Assembly (NCBI GenBank): GCA_017434555.1
Contig: JAFRFB010000048.1
Location: 11,488 to 75,487, forward strand
Length of the DNA: 64,000 nt
DNA from: Methanobrevibacter sp.
GTDB lineage: Archaea; Methanobacteriota; Methanobacteria; Methanobacteriales; Methanobacteriaceae
Direction of reading: 5' to 3'
This document shows, piece by piece, positions 1-10,399 of the stretch. A program made the position numbers and the translations under genes. The notes beneath the pieces were generated by a model, which worked only from the letters and a program-made list of their open reading frames with translations, was not told where the DNA came from and ran no database searches. Each line of letters begins with the position of its first letter. The first letter of the stretch is position 1.

Positions 1-5
1 AAGGA

Positions 6-872
6 ATGATAGGTCTTGCAATAATTGGTGGAGTGACACCATTTTGTGCTGTCCAGGAATTGGGTTATGATATTGACATTAAAATTGGTGAAGAGCTTGA
101 AAACTTTGATAAATTAAAATCAATAAGCCAAAAAGTTAATTACAGATTAAAAGAGCATGAAAAAATTAAAGAGTCAAATATTCCTTTTATACTTTCAAAA
201 TCATGGAATCTAATCCAGCAAGTTAGTCTTGATGTTGAAAACGAATGTGGAAACATTATAGCAAACATATCCCATATCAAAAAGGAGGATTTGGAAGATG
301 CAATGGAAATAATGGAAGAATGTTATGAATCAAATAAAAAATACATTAGTCCCCATTTCCAGATTGTATCACACCCAAATGATGATGAAAAAGTAGGAAT
401 AGCTACAATATGTAGTTTAAGCGTGGACGGACTATTAATAAAAAATGGAATTAAATCAACACCAAAATACGGAGGATTATTGGAATTGACCGAACCACCT
501 CTCTTCATTGATTTGATATCCTATGACGGTTCATCAATTGATCCGCACAAAATATTTATTGCCAAGGATATGACATCAATAACTGCAGACAGTGGCGTTA
601 AAAGATTAATGGCAAGTATAAAAGAGATTCCATATATTGCAAGAGACCATAGTGTATATTTCATGGATAAACTAGAAAAATTGAAATTGCCGATTTATAA
701 AATAGGCAAACCTCGTGAATTGACTTACAATGCAAAAGCTGAAAATTACAATTTTGCTGTTGTAGCCGGTAGCGGTCTTAATGCAATAGCTGCCATTAAA
801 GAAAAAGGAATAGATATTGAAGTAAAAGCAGATGCAAAATTAATGCCTTTTGAAAAAATGGATAAACTGTAG
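6..872 (+). CDS. nrpR: NrpR-family nitrogen regulator (DUF128/NRD domains), 5'-truncated by window edge
   Basis: Frame is open to the window start. Two similar NRD-end motifs (GLAIIGGVTPFCAVQELGYDIDIK and AVVAGSGLNAIAAIKEKGIDIEVK). The N-terminal wHTH lies outside the window. Confidence 0.75.
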   Translation: MIGLAIIGGVTPFCAVQELGYDIDIKIGEELENFDKLKSISQKVNYRLKEHEKIKESNIPFILSKSWNLIQQVSLDVENECGNIIANISHIKKEDLEDAMEIMEECYESNKKYISPHFQIVSHPNDDEKVGIATICSLSVDGLLIKNGIKSTPKYGGLLELTEPPLFIDLISYDGSSIDPHKIFIAKDMTSITADSGVKRLMASIKEIPYIARDHSVYFMDKLEKLKLPIYKIGKPRELTYNAKAENYNFAVVAGSGLNAIAAIKEKGIDIEVKADAKLMPFEKMDKL

Positions 873-873
873 A

Positions 874-1164
874 TTATACTACAGTCACTTCAATAACCTC
901 ACCATCTTTAGGCGTATGAGTAAATTCAATCAAATCTTCCTGAATTTCATATACATCGATTTCTATAGTAGGGTTGAGATGAGATTCATCCAAGGACAAT
1001 AATAATTTAAAACCAGGTTTTCCGAAATATTCAGAAAAATCCACGTTTAAAACTTCACCTTCAGCAAAAATTCTATTATATGAAATTTCAAGCTTATCAT
1101 AAATTTTTATATTTTCTTTTAAGTATTTTACAGCTTCATCTACAGATAATTCTAACATTTTCAT
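874..1164 (-). CDS. DUF2097-family small protein (paralogue 2)
   Basis: Start moved to ATG 1164 (MKMLELSVDEA) behind a GAGGTG RBS. Motif LEISYNRIFAEGEVL is shared with the adjacent paralogue. Confidence 0.75.
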   Translation of the reverse strand: MKMLELSVDEAVKYLKENIKIYDKLEISYNRIFAEGEVLNVDFSEYFGKPGFKLLLSLDESHLNPTIEIDVYEIQEDLIEFTHTPKDGEVIEVTVV

Positions 1165-1255
1165 AGACTTCACCTCAATATGATTATGTTTATCATAATA
1201 TAAAAATTTGTTCGTAAACAATAAAACGAAATAAAAAATGAATAAAAAAAAGTAT

Positions 1256-1549
1256 TCAGAAATCAATTTCAATAGTGATTTCTTTATCTTCAGTAATGTG
1301 ATTCATTTCAAGCAAATCGTCATAAATTTCTTTAAAATCAATTTCAACAGCCTGATTTAAAATCTCACCATTCAACTGTAAATTAACTCTGAGTCCTTCT
1401 CCAGTAACTTCATCTTCTTCGGTAATACCTAAAACTTCACCAGGAGCATAAATACGATTGTAAGAAATTTCTAAAGTATCTCCCACTTTAACATTATTTC
1501 TAACATATTCAATAGCTTCATCAACAGTCATTAAAATTTCTTCAGCCAT
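1256..1549 (-). CDS. DUF2097-family small protein (paralogue 1)
   Basis: 97 aa with LEISYNRIYAPGEVL; GGTGAT RBS; lies directly downstream of fwdC. Confidence 0.75.
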   Translation of the reverse strand: MAEEILMTVDEAIEYVRNNVKVGDTLEISYNRIYAPGEVLGITEEDEVTGEGLRVNLQLNGEILNQAVEIDFKEIYDDLLEMNHITEDKEITIEIDF

Positions 1550-1588
1550 ATTATCACCAAAATCTTAAAAAAAATAAAAGAAAAGGAA

Positions 1589-2455
1589 TTATAAATTCCT
1601 ATATTCTCTGATTGAAGTATAATCGTCGTCTAATTCTCCGTAAGTAGATAATTTTTCTTTGTTTGCTTCAGCATCCAAATACAAACTACCTTTACCATTA
1701 AGACCGATATCTCCAGTATATTTAATATATTTACCTGGGAAAACAACACCACTGTCTTCAGGATCTTCAACAACACCTTCAAGAACGAATCCTTCAAGTA
1801 ATCTTCCTAAAAATCCGTGAATTACAATAGTACCGTTTTTCATTTGTCCACCAGGCCAACGGTTTACATCACCATCGATTTCGATAATACCTTTGGTCAT
1901 GTGAATACCGGCTAAAATATCACAGTTTCCTTTAACGTGAATTTTACCACCAGTTAAACATTCACCACATTGTTTACCAGCGTTACCACCGACAACAATT
2001 TCTCCACCAGTCATACCTCTCCATTCACCAATGTAAGAAGCACCAGTAAATTCTTTAGTATTACCAGTGATTTCAAGGTATCCGCCAGACATTTCTCTTC
2101 CAGCGTGAGCAGCTGCGTCACCGTTAACGAGAATGGATCCACCACTCATTTCAGCACCGACGTGAAGGTCAACACTGCTGTTACAGATAATTTCACCAGC
2201 ACTCATTTTACAACCGATGTATTTGACTCTGTTTAAATCCCCGTTGAAAATCATTTTAACTTCATTAGGACCTTCAGCTTCACCTTCAACAGTAATATCA
2301 AAGAAGTCAGTAATTGGGAATCTGGAGTTTCCAATAGGTACTTCATATTTTGCGAAGTCAGCTTCAGTCCAGGAATAAATTTCATCAGGAATTACTTCAT
2401 CCATTTCTAATGCGATTGAAGAAGTTTTTATTTGATCAAATGTAATTGTTTTCAA
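1589..2455 (-). CDS. fwdC: Formylmethanofuran dehydrogenase subunit C
   Basis: GXGXG beta-helix repeats ([28 protein letters not shown]). Probable TTG start at 2455 after a GGGGTG RBS. Confidence 0.95.
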   Translation of the reverse strand: MKTITFDQIKTSSIALEMDEVIPDEIYSWTEADFAKYEVPIGNSRFPITDFFDITVEGEAEGPNEVKMIFNGDLNRVKYIGCKMSAGEIICNSSVDLHVGAEMSGGSILVNGDAAAHAGREMSGGYLEITGNTKEFTGASYIGEWRGMTGGEIVVGGNAGKQCGECLTGGKIHVKGNCDILAGIHMTKGIIEIDGDVNRWPGGQMKNGTIVIHGFLGRLLEGFVLEGVVEDPEDSGVVFPGKYIKYTGDIGLNGKGSLYLDAEANKEKLSTYGELDDDYTSIREYRNL

Positions 2456-2469
2456 ACTAAACACCCCAC

Positions 2470-4179
2470 TTATTTTTCAACATCTACTCTGATTGGGTTA
2501 GATACGTAGTGGTCTTGTACTGGGTAGTTTTCCCATTTTACGGAATAGTACTGAGTGAAGAACGGCATGATGTTATCAATAACTTTTTGTTCTTGTCTTT
2601 CCCATCCTTTTACGTTAACCCAAATGTTTTGACTTTCTTTAACTTTTACAATTTCTTTATCTTTTACTAAGATTTGACCATCTTTAATAGTGTAATCAGC
2701 TACAGTGAAACCTTTTTCGATGTCTAAAGCTTGTTTGGATGGGTCAATATCATTAGGATTTATGTCATATACTGCAATATCTGCTTTGTATCCAGGAGTA
2801 AGAGCGCCTCTGTCTTCAAATCCGTAGATTTTAGCTGGAGCAGCTCTTGTAATAGTTGCAATTTCATAGAAATCGTATTCTCTTTCGATAGTTGGAAGAG
2901 TAGTTCTTTTGTAAATCCATTTGTGAACTTCGTTTTCGCACATATCTTGTCTTTTCTCATTACTCATTAACCATGAGATGATTCTAGGATATCTCATGAA
3001 AGGACCTGCATTAGGGTGGTCAGTAGTTAAACAAACTTTCCAAGGGTCGTTGATGAGTAAGAACAATTCTAAACCAATACCCCATTGTAAGGTACTAACA
3101 GGACTTTTCTTGGAGTAAATACAAGGGATGATGCCTGCAGCGGTTTCACATTCAATATCTTTGTTGGTCCATTTTAAACCAGATAATTTGAATAAGTCAT
3201 ATTCCATTGGAGCATCTGCAGTCATTGTAGTGGTTTCATCAAAGGTAACTTGACCTACGTCACAAGTAATGTGGTCATGTTTGTTAATGTAATCAGCAAC
3301 TTCCACTGCACCGGACCCTGCATCTTTCCAACTGTTACCGGTGTAGGAGTGGAATTGTAAGTGAGTAACGTGCATGACTTGGTCCCTGATAGTAGCTTTA
3401 GAACTTTTCTTAATATTTTTAACTGAGTCTAAAGTTTCAAGAGTAGTTGGTACGTTACCAGGGTGTCCTAAATCGTTAGGGTGAATGTGAATAGAGTGAG
3501 GAAGTCCTAACATTTCGTTAGCTTCAGCTAAAGCCATTACAACTTCTCTGGAGGTTACATCGAAATATGGTGCTTTATCATCATATCCGTGTACATTCAT
3601 ACCCCATCCCCATGCTTCACTTCCACATGGGTTAACAATTTTTACACCGTATCCTTTTGAGATTTTTAACCATGAAGAAATGAATGCTGCTAAATCTTCA
3701 ATATTTTTATCTTTAGCATATTCCATTACAAACCAGTTGTTACCGAATAATGGTAAAGCTGGAATATCAATGTTTGGAATAGTTGCAATTTCTTCGTGAG
3801 TGTGTTTTGCTTCAAGAGGAGGCATAGCTGCTTCTACAACAGTACCATAACCCATTCTTGAGTATCTGTAACCGGTTGTTGGACAACTTGGAATTGAGAA
3901 ACCAGATTCAGATCTTAATACTTTAGTTTTTTGGGAAACACCCATTCTTGAATCTTCTGGTCTGTATAATCTTCCTACAACTAATTTTGGACCTGCTACG
4001 TGAGCGTGTGGGTCAACACCTGCTGGCATGACGATTTTATCAGTTACGTCAATAACTTTAGCATCAGCAGAAACTTCATCGACGATAATGTCATCTTTAA
4101 ACATTACGTCTTTTTTCTCTCCGTTAATTCCATTTGCAGGATCATAAACAATACCATTTTTAAGTATATATTCCATCAT
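2470..4179 (-). CDS. fwdA: Formylmethanofuran dehydrogenase subunit A (amidohydrolase)
   Basis: [33 protein letters not shown] and [10 protein letters not shown] metal-binding motifs. Confidence 0.97.
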   Translation of the reverse strand: MMEYILKNGIVYDPANGINGEKKDVMFKDDIIVDEVSADAKVIDVTDKIVMPAGVDPHAHVAGPKLVVGRLYRPEDSRMGVSQKTKVLRSESGFSIPSCPTTGYRYSRMGYGTVVEAAMPPLEAKHTHEEIATIPNIDIPALPLFGNNWFVMEYAKDKNIEDLAAFISSWLKISKGYGVKIVNPCGSEAWGWGMNVHGYDDKAPYFDVTSREVVMALAEANEMLGLPHSIHIHPNDLGHPGNVPTTLETLDSVKNIKKSSKATIRDQVMHVTHLQFHSYTGNSWKDAGSGAVEVADYINKHDHITCDVGQVTFDETTTMTADAPMEYDLFKLSGLKWTNKDIECETAAGIIPCIYSKKSPVSTLQWGIGLELFLLINDPWKVCLTTDHPNAGPFMRYPRIISWLMSNEKRQDMCENEVHKWIYKRTTLPTIEREYDFYEIATITRAAPAKIYGFEDRGALTPGYKADIAVYDINPNDIDPSKQALDIEKGFTVADYTIKDGQILVKDKEIVKVKESQNIWVNVKGWERQEQKVIDNIMPFFTQYYSVKWENYPVQDHYVSNPIRVDVEK

Positions 4180-4186
4180 ATCACCA

Positions 4187-5572
4187 TTACATTGCTAAAT
4201 CTAAGTTTGAATTTGGTACATACTTAGGAGCTACATTTGGCTCTTCTCTGAGTTTCATTACTCTTTCTTTCAATTCACGAACAATCCATTCGTCATCACG
4301 ACAGGTTTCTGGTTTGTCGATTGCTTTTTTCATGTAGATAGGAACTCCATCCATACGATAACTGGTACCATCACATTCTACACCAATGAATGAACCTGGT
4401 AATACTACATCTGCAAGTTCAGTAGATGGTCCCCAGTGAATATCGATTTGAATAACAGGAATATCAGCTAAGTGTTGGTTTGCTCCGTTAGGGAAGTGAG
4501 CACCAGGGTCAGCTGCAATAACCATGAAACAGTCAGGTTCTTTTCTAACTAATAAATCGATAGTGTTGGTTTCACCCATCATATATCTGGTAGTACCTCT
4601 TGCGAAGTCAACACCGAATGCAAATCCAGTTTCGAATGCCATGAAAATGTTGAATCCGTTTACGTTAAAGTGACCTCTCATTGGAGTGAGACCCCATTTA
4701 CTGTATTTGTTTAAGTCTTGAACCATTTTAATAGCGATATCAATGTTTCTTTGTTTTGATAAAGTGTGAGTTAAACCTAAACCGAAGAAGAGAACACCGA
4801 ATTCTGCATTTTTCATTTCTTCAGCTAATTCATAAATATCTTCTTTAGGAATTCCAGAAATAACATCTTGGTATAATTCTTTTCCTCTTAATACAGCTCT
4901 AATTGCATTATAGAAACCATAGTCCCCATTTTGTTCAAATCCAATCCATTTGTCAGAACATTTTGCAGTATCTGAGAATTTTGGATCCATGGTAACAACA
5001 GTTCTGTCAAATCTTCCTCTTTGTCTGAAGTATCCACGACAGAATACAGCATATCTTGCCATGTGTCTTGGGTGAGAGTTCATAGCGTTACTTCCAGAGT
5101 AAGCAATCATGTCTGCTCTGTTTTGAACTTCTCCTAAAGTTTGGATAGGATAACCTGCATTTTGTACAGCTTGTAAGGAAGGACCGTGACAGATAGTAGC
5201 CTGGTTATCTAATACAGCACCGATGTATTCACCTAATGCTAAACCTTCTTTCATACATTCAGTAGAAGTTTCAGACCAACCATAGAATACTGGTCTGATG
5301 GAATTAGCAATATATTCAGCAGCTTTATCTAAAGCAGTATCCCAATCAACTTCCATAAGTTCTCCGTTTTCATCCCTAATCATTGGAACAAGTAATCTTT
5401 GGTCCATATCTTCCATGATTTTACTTGCACCAAGTCTGCATGCGTGTCTTACAGCAACGACATGACCGTCTTTGACTAAGTAATCTAAATCGTCACAGTT
5501 ACAACCACAAAATGCACAAGTACAATTTTCTACAATGTAATCGTAATCAGTTATAGGTGGTTCATAAGTCAT
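4187..5572 (-). CDS. fwdB: Formylmethanofuran dehydrogenase subunit B (W/Mo-bis-pterin, Cys ligand)
   Basis: [11 protein letters not shown] Fe-S motif, ATICHGPS active site, AMNSHPRH and MRGHFNVNG; start overlaps the fwdD stop. Confidence 0.96.
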   Translation of the reverse strand: MTYEPPITDYDYIVENCTCAFCGCNCDDLDYLVKDGHVVAVRHACRLGASKIMEDMDQRLLVPMIRDENGELMEVDWDTALDKAAEYIANSIRPVFYGWSETSTECMKEGLALGEYIGAVLDNQATICHGPSLQAVQNAGYPIQTLGEVQNRADMIAYSGSNAMNSHPRHMARYAVFCRGYFRQRGRFDRTVVTMDPKFSDTAKCSDKWIGFEQNGDYGFYNAIRAVLRGKELYQDVISGIPKEDIYELAEEMKNAEFGVLFFGLGLTHTLSKQRNIDIAIKMVQDLNKYSKWGLTPMRGHFNVNGFNIFMAFETGFAFGVDFARGTTRYMMGETNTIDLLVRKEPDCFMVIAADPGAHFPNGANQHLADIPVIQIDIHWGPSTELADVVLPGSFIGVECDGTSYRMDGVPIYMKKAIDKPETCRDDEWIVRELKERVMKLREEPNVAPKYVPNSNLDLAM

Positions 5573-6131
5573 GATCAATCAACTCCTCCCATTTACGTCC
5601 TTTGTAAACTGGTAATTCACCTAATGAGTCCATGTTTTCAACAACATCATCATCAGTTTCATCAACATATTTTTTGTATACCCATCTCATTAAATCAGCC
5701 ATGAGTAATACTTTTCTGTCTGTTTTTTCGACAGTACATCTAATTCCTTTGTAAGTAGGGTCAGAACAGCAGTAAGTATCGTGACTTACGACAGTGTTAG
5801 CCCAAGGTCCTTTACAAATAAATACGGTACCTTCGTGAGGTGCGTCTCTTGATACTGCACAGTTTACAACAACTTCACCGAAATCAGTTTTAACTAAAAC
5901 AGTATCCCAATTGTTTACACCTAATTTTGCCATATCTCTTGGATCCATATAACAAGTTCCGGAAGCGTTTTTATATTCTTCTTTTAAAGTAGAACCTCTT
6001 TTCTTACATGCACCTTGATAAATATCAGATCCGGTGTTTAACATACATTTGAGAACTTTTGTATTTCCTTCACCAGTAATTTTTACATCAGGTACTACAG
6101 GTTTTTCTAAATAAGTGTTAGCATAATGCAC
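5562..6131 (-). CDS. fwdD: Formylmethanofuran dehydrogenase subunit D, with terminal extensions
   Basis: [23 protein letters not shown] and PTYKG motifs. Probable GTG start at 6131 after a GGGGGA RBS. Confidence 0.93.
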   Translation of the reverse strand: MHYANTYLEKPVVPDVKITGEGNTKVLKCMLNTGSDIYQGACKKRGSTLKEEYKNASGTCYMDPRDMAKLGVNNWDTVLVKTDFGEVVVNCAVSRDAPHEGTVFICKGPWANTVVSHDTYCCSDPTYKGIRCTVEKTDRKVLLMADLMRWVYKKYVDETDDDVVENMDSLGELPVYKGRKWEELIDHDL

Positions 6132-6142
6132 AATAATTCCCC

Positions 6143-6373
6143 CTATTCTAACCATATAGCGTTTACTGGGCAAAACATTTGACAAGTTCCACATAATTCA
6201 CATTTATCTGGACTGAAAAGTTTAATAAACCCATTTTCTACCATGATAACTACTTCATCAGTTTTTGCACCATTTCCACCAGCATTTTCTGGACTGATAG
6301 CTGCATTAACCGGACAAGCAATTACACAGATTCCGCATCCTAAACAATTATCTTGATTTACTTTAAGTTCCAT
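6143..6373 (-). CDS. fwdG: Fwd ferredoxin subunit G
   Basis: [12 protein letters not shown] and [12 protein letters not shown]; position within the fwd operon. Confidence 0.92.
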   Translation of the reverse strand: MELKVNQDNCLGCGICVIACPVNAAISPENAGGNGAKTDEVVIMVENGFIKLFSPDKCELCGTCQMFCPVNAIWLE

Positions 6374-6381
6374 CTAATCAC

Positions 6382-7479
6382 CTAGTCTTTAATTGCATTT
6401 AAAGCATCTGTCCAAGTTGCTGAATTGGTTGGAGTGTGATCAACAGCAGTTCTTTTTACAGTTATTGCACCATTAGGACATGCTTTTGCACATGCTTTAC
6501 ATTTAATACAGTAATCAGGTTGTGCAACAATGTGGTCTAATCTTGAACCTGGACCAGTTGAAACTGGGAATGCTAATGCATTACATTTACAAATATCTAC
6601 ACAAGCACCACATGCTTGACATTTTTCTTGATCGACTTCAATTGTTCCTTCAAATGGTTTTTTGGCTTTAGCTGCATCAGTTGGGCAGACACCTTCACAC
6701 CATCCACAGTAGACACAGAGTTCACTGTCAATGACTGAGTTACCTTTAACGACAGCTTTTGCTGGGTCAATATCATATTCACCATATGAACAGATTCTAC
6801 ATAAAGCTTTAATAGCGTTAGTAGGACATGCTTTTTTACATACTAAACAGTAAACACATTTATCGGTGTCAACTTCAATTGATTCTCTACCAGTTTCTTT
6901 ATCGACAACAATAGCTTCTGCAGGACATAATTCTTCACATATACCACAGTAGATACATTCATTATCGTCAATTTCGATTTCACCAGTTACTAAATCAGCA
7001 CGGTCTGGTAATGTTCTGTCAATTACAATTGCATCACGTGGACAAGCGATTTCACACTTTTTACAATATACACATTCATCATCATCGATTTCAGAAAATG
7101 CATTGTAGTGAGGGTATGCTTCGATTTCACTGATTGGTACACCATCAATAGTTAATATTAATGCGTCAACAGGACATAATCCACTGCACATACCACATAA
7201 TACACATTTGTCTTCATTAATACTAATTCTTTGAACATCAAATTCGTCATGAATGTTTTGTGCGATTTTTTCATGACCACTGAAGTAGACATTATTAGCT
7301 AATTGAACACGAGAGTCAATAGCAATCTCATTCAATGTAATTGCACCAACGGGACAAGTAGATTCACAAATTCCACATCCGATACAGACATGGTCTTTGA
7401 AAGATAAGTTTCTTACTTCCTCCGCTGACCTTGTAATGTCAAAGTTATTGTCATTAACTTCTTTCAAATTTCTTATCAT
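6382..7479 (-). CDS. fwdF: Fwd polyferredoxin subunit F
   Basis: Eight CxxCxxCxxxC motifs in 365 aa. Confidence 0.95.
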   Translation of the reverse strand: MIRNLKEVNDNNFDITRSAEEVRNLSFKDHVCIGCGICESTCPVGAITLNEIAIDSRVQLANNVYFSGHEKIAQNIHDEFDVQRISINEDKCVLCGMCSGLCPVDALILTIDGVPISEIEAYPHYNAFSEIDDDECVYCKKCEIACPRDAIVIDRTLPDRADLVTGEIEIDDNECIYCGICEELCPAEAIVVDKETGRESIEVDTDKCVYCLVCKKACPTNAIKALCRICSYGEYDIDPAKAVVKGNSVIDSELCVYCGWCEGVCPTDAAKAKKPFEGTIEVDQEKCQACGACVDICKCNALAFPVSTGPGSRLDHIVAQPDYCIKCKACAKACPNGAITVKRTAVDHTPTNSATWTDALNAIKD

Positions 7480-7931
7480 TATTTAATCTCCAAAATTTTA
7501 ATTGAATCAGTTGGGCACTCATCTTTACATAGTTCGCAACCACAACATAGTACGGAGTTTGTATGTGCTGTTAATGATTCTAACTTAATAGCTTTCATAA
7601 AACACACATTTACACATAAGCCGCAACCAATACAAGAATCTTTAATAGTTGCTTCATAGTTCTTCTCTCGGCAAATATTCACAATTTTTCGACTCTGTTC
7701 TGGTTCATCAAATACCGCATTGGTCATTATTAAAAAATCCCTGGGAGTTAATTCAGTGATAGTTCTTGCAACATCAATTGAATTCCAGGATAAGTTCCTA
7801 CCATTCAAATAATGTGATACAGTGGATCTATCAATTCCTAACTCATCAGCAATTGCCTGGTGACTTTCACCTGCTTCTTTTAATTTGACCGCAGCTAAGT
7901 ATTTTAAACCAGATGCAATATGCTTCGGCAT
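7479..7931 (-). CDS. fwdH: FwdH-type HTH plus 2x[4Fe-4S] protein
   Basis: N-terminal HTH (HQAIADELGIDRSTVSHYLNG) and C-terminal CIGCGLCVNVC and CCGCELCKDECP; first gene of the fwd operon. Confidence 0.85.
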   Translation of the reverse strand: MPKHIASGLKYLAAVKLKEAGESHQAIADELGIDRSTVSHYLNGRNLSWNSIDVARTITELTPRDFLIMTNAVFDEPEQSRKIVNICREKNYEATIKDSCIGCGLCVNVCFMKAIKLESLTAHTNSVLCCGCELCKDECPTDSIKILEIK

Positions 7932-7941
7932 TTAAACCACC

Positions 7942-7960
7942 ATGTGTAATGATTACACAT
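7942..7960. promoter_or_regulatory. Palindromic operator 1, ATGTGTAAT-G-ATTACACAT
   Basis: Perfect 9-bp arms, between the minus-strand TATA box (TTTATATA, 7970-7977) and the fwdH RBS. Confidence 0.7.
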
Positions 7961-8020
7961 ATGTTTATCTATATAAATATATTTGCCTACTAGATTAAAG
8001 TCGAAATACTTATATATAAC

Positions 8021-8037
8021 TGTGGGAATACTACACA
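8021..8037. promoter_or_regulatory. Degenerate operator 2, TGTGGGAATACTACACA
   Basis: Same TGTG-N9-CACA frame; right half (ACTACACA) identical to that of operator 3. Confidence 0.5.
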
Positions 8038-8265
8038 AAAAATTTTAAGTTAAAAAAGTACAGTAAGTATAAACATCTAATTCAAATTATAAATTATTTA
8101 TAAAATAAAATAATTAATTTAAAAAAGAATTTTAATAAATAAACCTCACTTATCAATATGTAATACTATTTATATCGAAAGATTAGATAATATTTGTAAT
8201 AAATAAAATTAAAAAAGTATTACAAAATAACCAAAAATGGGCCAAAATTTTTAGGTTGACCCAAA

Positions 8266-8284
8266 ATGTGTAGTAACTACACAT
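8266..8284. promoter_or_regulatory. Palindromic operator 3, ATGTGTAGT-A-ACTACACAT
   Basis: Perfect 9-bp arms, 57 bp upstream of the mobB ATG; 16/19 identical to operator 1. Confidence 0.7.
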
Positions 8285-8341
8285 ATGAATGTTTTAATAA
8301 TTAAAAATACATATTTATTGTATAGGATAGGGGGATTGAAA

Positions 8342-9379
8342 ATGAAAATCGTGTCGATTGTCGGGAAGAAAAATACTGGAAAAACATCACTGACTGTTAA
8401 GGTTATTTCTGAACTCACAAAAAGAGGTTATAATGTTGCTTCCATTAAACATTCTCACCATTCAATAGAAATGGATAAGGAAAATACTGATACATGGAAA
8501 CATAAAGAGGCCGGATCAAATTTGGTTGTAGGTGTTGGCTCAACAACTTTTTTCAATGTAAAAGCAGAATATGACTTAAACAGAATATTATACCTGCTGA
8601 AACACTTTGACGATTTTGATTTTGTAATCATTGAAGGCTATAAAAGTTATAATTATCCAAAAATAATTACTTCCCCCGAAGTTCGTGATGAATATACCAT
8701 AAAAGAAGTTAATTCCTTTACAATTGATGATGCGGACGTAAGCGAACTGGCTGACCTTATTGAAAAAAGAGGCCATGATATTGTTGACACTTTATTTGCA
8801 AATAACTGCGGATTCAATAATGGAGAAAGTATTGCAAAAGAAATCCGTGAAGGAAATCTAAAAGTTGAGGATTTAGATAACGTACATAGCTACCTATCAA
8901 TAGACAATAAAGTCGTGGGATTGAACAGATTTGTCAGCGACTATTTAAAACAGAACATTTTAGGCATCATCAGCACACTGAACCTTGATGACTATGGGGT
9001 TGAAGACATTAATAAAATCGAACTAGTAATACCAAATACAAAAGCAACCCCCAAAATTAATAAAAAAACAACTGTCCTAATTAATGATAAAAAACTTATG
9101 ATAAATTCATTTACATCAGACATTATAACGAATTCCATAAATGCAATGGTTAACTCGATTAAAACTGAAGATACTGTAAAAAATATAGATATAGAAATAT
9201 CCAACATTACAGGTGAAAATTTAACTGATGCAGAGATTATTTTAAAAACCAATGATAAACCTGTCGATATAAATAAATTTACATCAGGAATATTGAAAGA
9301 AACTATTTTTGCAGTTATTAACACACTAAAAATAGATGATGAAATCAATAATATAAAAATAAAAGTGGGGAGTGATTAA
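8342..9379 (+). CDS. mobB: Molybdopterin-guanine dinucleotide biosynthesis protein MobB with repeated C-terminal domains
   Basis: VGKKNTGKT P-loop, IKHSHH and IIEGYK motifs. Start at ATG 8342 after a GGGGG RBS. Confidence 0.92.
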   Translation: MKIVSIVGKKNTGKTSLTVKVISELTKRGYNVASIKHSHHSIEMDKENTDTWKHKEAGSNLVVGVGSTTFFNVKAEYDLNRILYLLKHFDDFDFVIIEGYKSYNYPKIITSPEVRDEYTIKEVNSFTIDDADVSELADLIEKRGHDIVDTLFANNCGFNNGESIAKEIREGNLKVEDLDNVHSYLSIDNKVVGLNRFVSDYLKQNILGIISTLNLDDYGVEDINKIELVIPNTKATPKINKKTTVLINDKKLMINSFTSDIITNSINAMVNSIKTEDTVKNIDIEISNITGENLTDAEIILKTNDKPVDINKFTSGILKETIFAVINTLKIDDEINNIKIKVGSD

Positions 9380-10312
9380 ATGGCGGAGGAATTTGTGAAA
9401 GATAAATTCGAAAGACCTATAGTATCACTCAGAATCACTATTACCAATAGATGTAATGAAAATTGCATATATTGTCATCATGACGGAATGGTATCTTCAA
9501 AAGATGAAATGACTCCTGACGAAATATATACGATATGTAAAATAGCCAAAAAATTAGGGGTTAAAAAAATCAGGCTTTCCGGTGGAGATCCATTAGTTCG
9601 AAAAGACATTGTGGAAATCGTTGAAAAGATAGGCAGCCTGAATTTCAAAGATATTTCACTTACAACAAATGGTGTGCTACTTGAAAAATATGCTAAAGAT
9701 TTAAAAGAAGCTGGTTTGAGTAGGGTTAATGTCAGTTTAGATACTTTAAACCGTGACACATACAAATTCGTTACAAATATGGATTATTTAAATGAAGCGA
9801 AAGCAGGAATCCTGAAAGCTGTTGAAGTCGGACTTTATCCGGTTAAGATTAACATGGTAATCATGAAAGACATAAACGAACATGAAATAAAAGACATGTT
9901 TAACTTCTGTAAGGACAACAATATGGTCCTTCAATTAATAGAATTGATTGAAAGTGAAAACTGTGATGATGATAAATTCTCAGCTGAATACCATTACACC
10001 TTAGATAAGGTTGAAGAAAGATTGGCTGATATAGCTGATGATGTAAAAGAACGTAAATTTATGCAGGGCCGTCGTAAATATTACATTAACGGTGGAGAAA
10101 TCGAGGTAGTCAAACCTATGGACAACTCTAAATTTTGCGCAAATTGTACCAGATTGAGGGTAACGCCGGACGGTAAAATCAAACCCTGCCTGCTTAGAAA
10201 TGACAACCTTGTAGAACTAATATCATACATCAGAAATAATGAAAGTGATGAAAAATTAGAAGAAATCTTTTTAAAAGGTATTGATAAAAGAGAACCTTTC
10301 AATACTGATTAA
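9380..10312 (+). CDS. moaA: GTP 3',8-cyclase MoaA
   Basis: [27 protein letters not shown] and [20 protein letters not shown]. Confidence 0.96.
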   Translation: MAEEFVKDKFERPIVSLRITITNRCNENCIYCHHDGMVSSKDEMTPDEIYTICKIAKKLGVKKIRLSGGDPLVRKDIVEIVEKIGSLNFKDISLTTNGVLLEKYAKDLKEAGLSRVNVSLDTLNRDTYKFVTNMDYLNEAKAGILKAVEVGLYPVKINMVIMKDINEHEIKDMFNFCKDNNMVLQLIELIESENCDDDKFSAEYHYTLDKVEERLADIADDVKERKFMQGRRKYYINGGEIEVVKPMDNSKFCANCTRLRVTPDGKIKPCLLRNDNLVELISYIRNNESDEKLEEIFLKGIDKREPFNTD

Positions 10313-10399
10313 AAAAATATTTTTTATTCTTTTGTAAATATTATATAATACTAGTTTTTTAAAAAAATAAGAAAAATAAATAAAGCAAAAATGCTTTAT

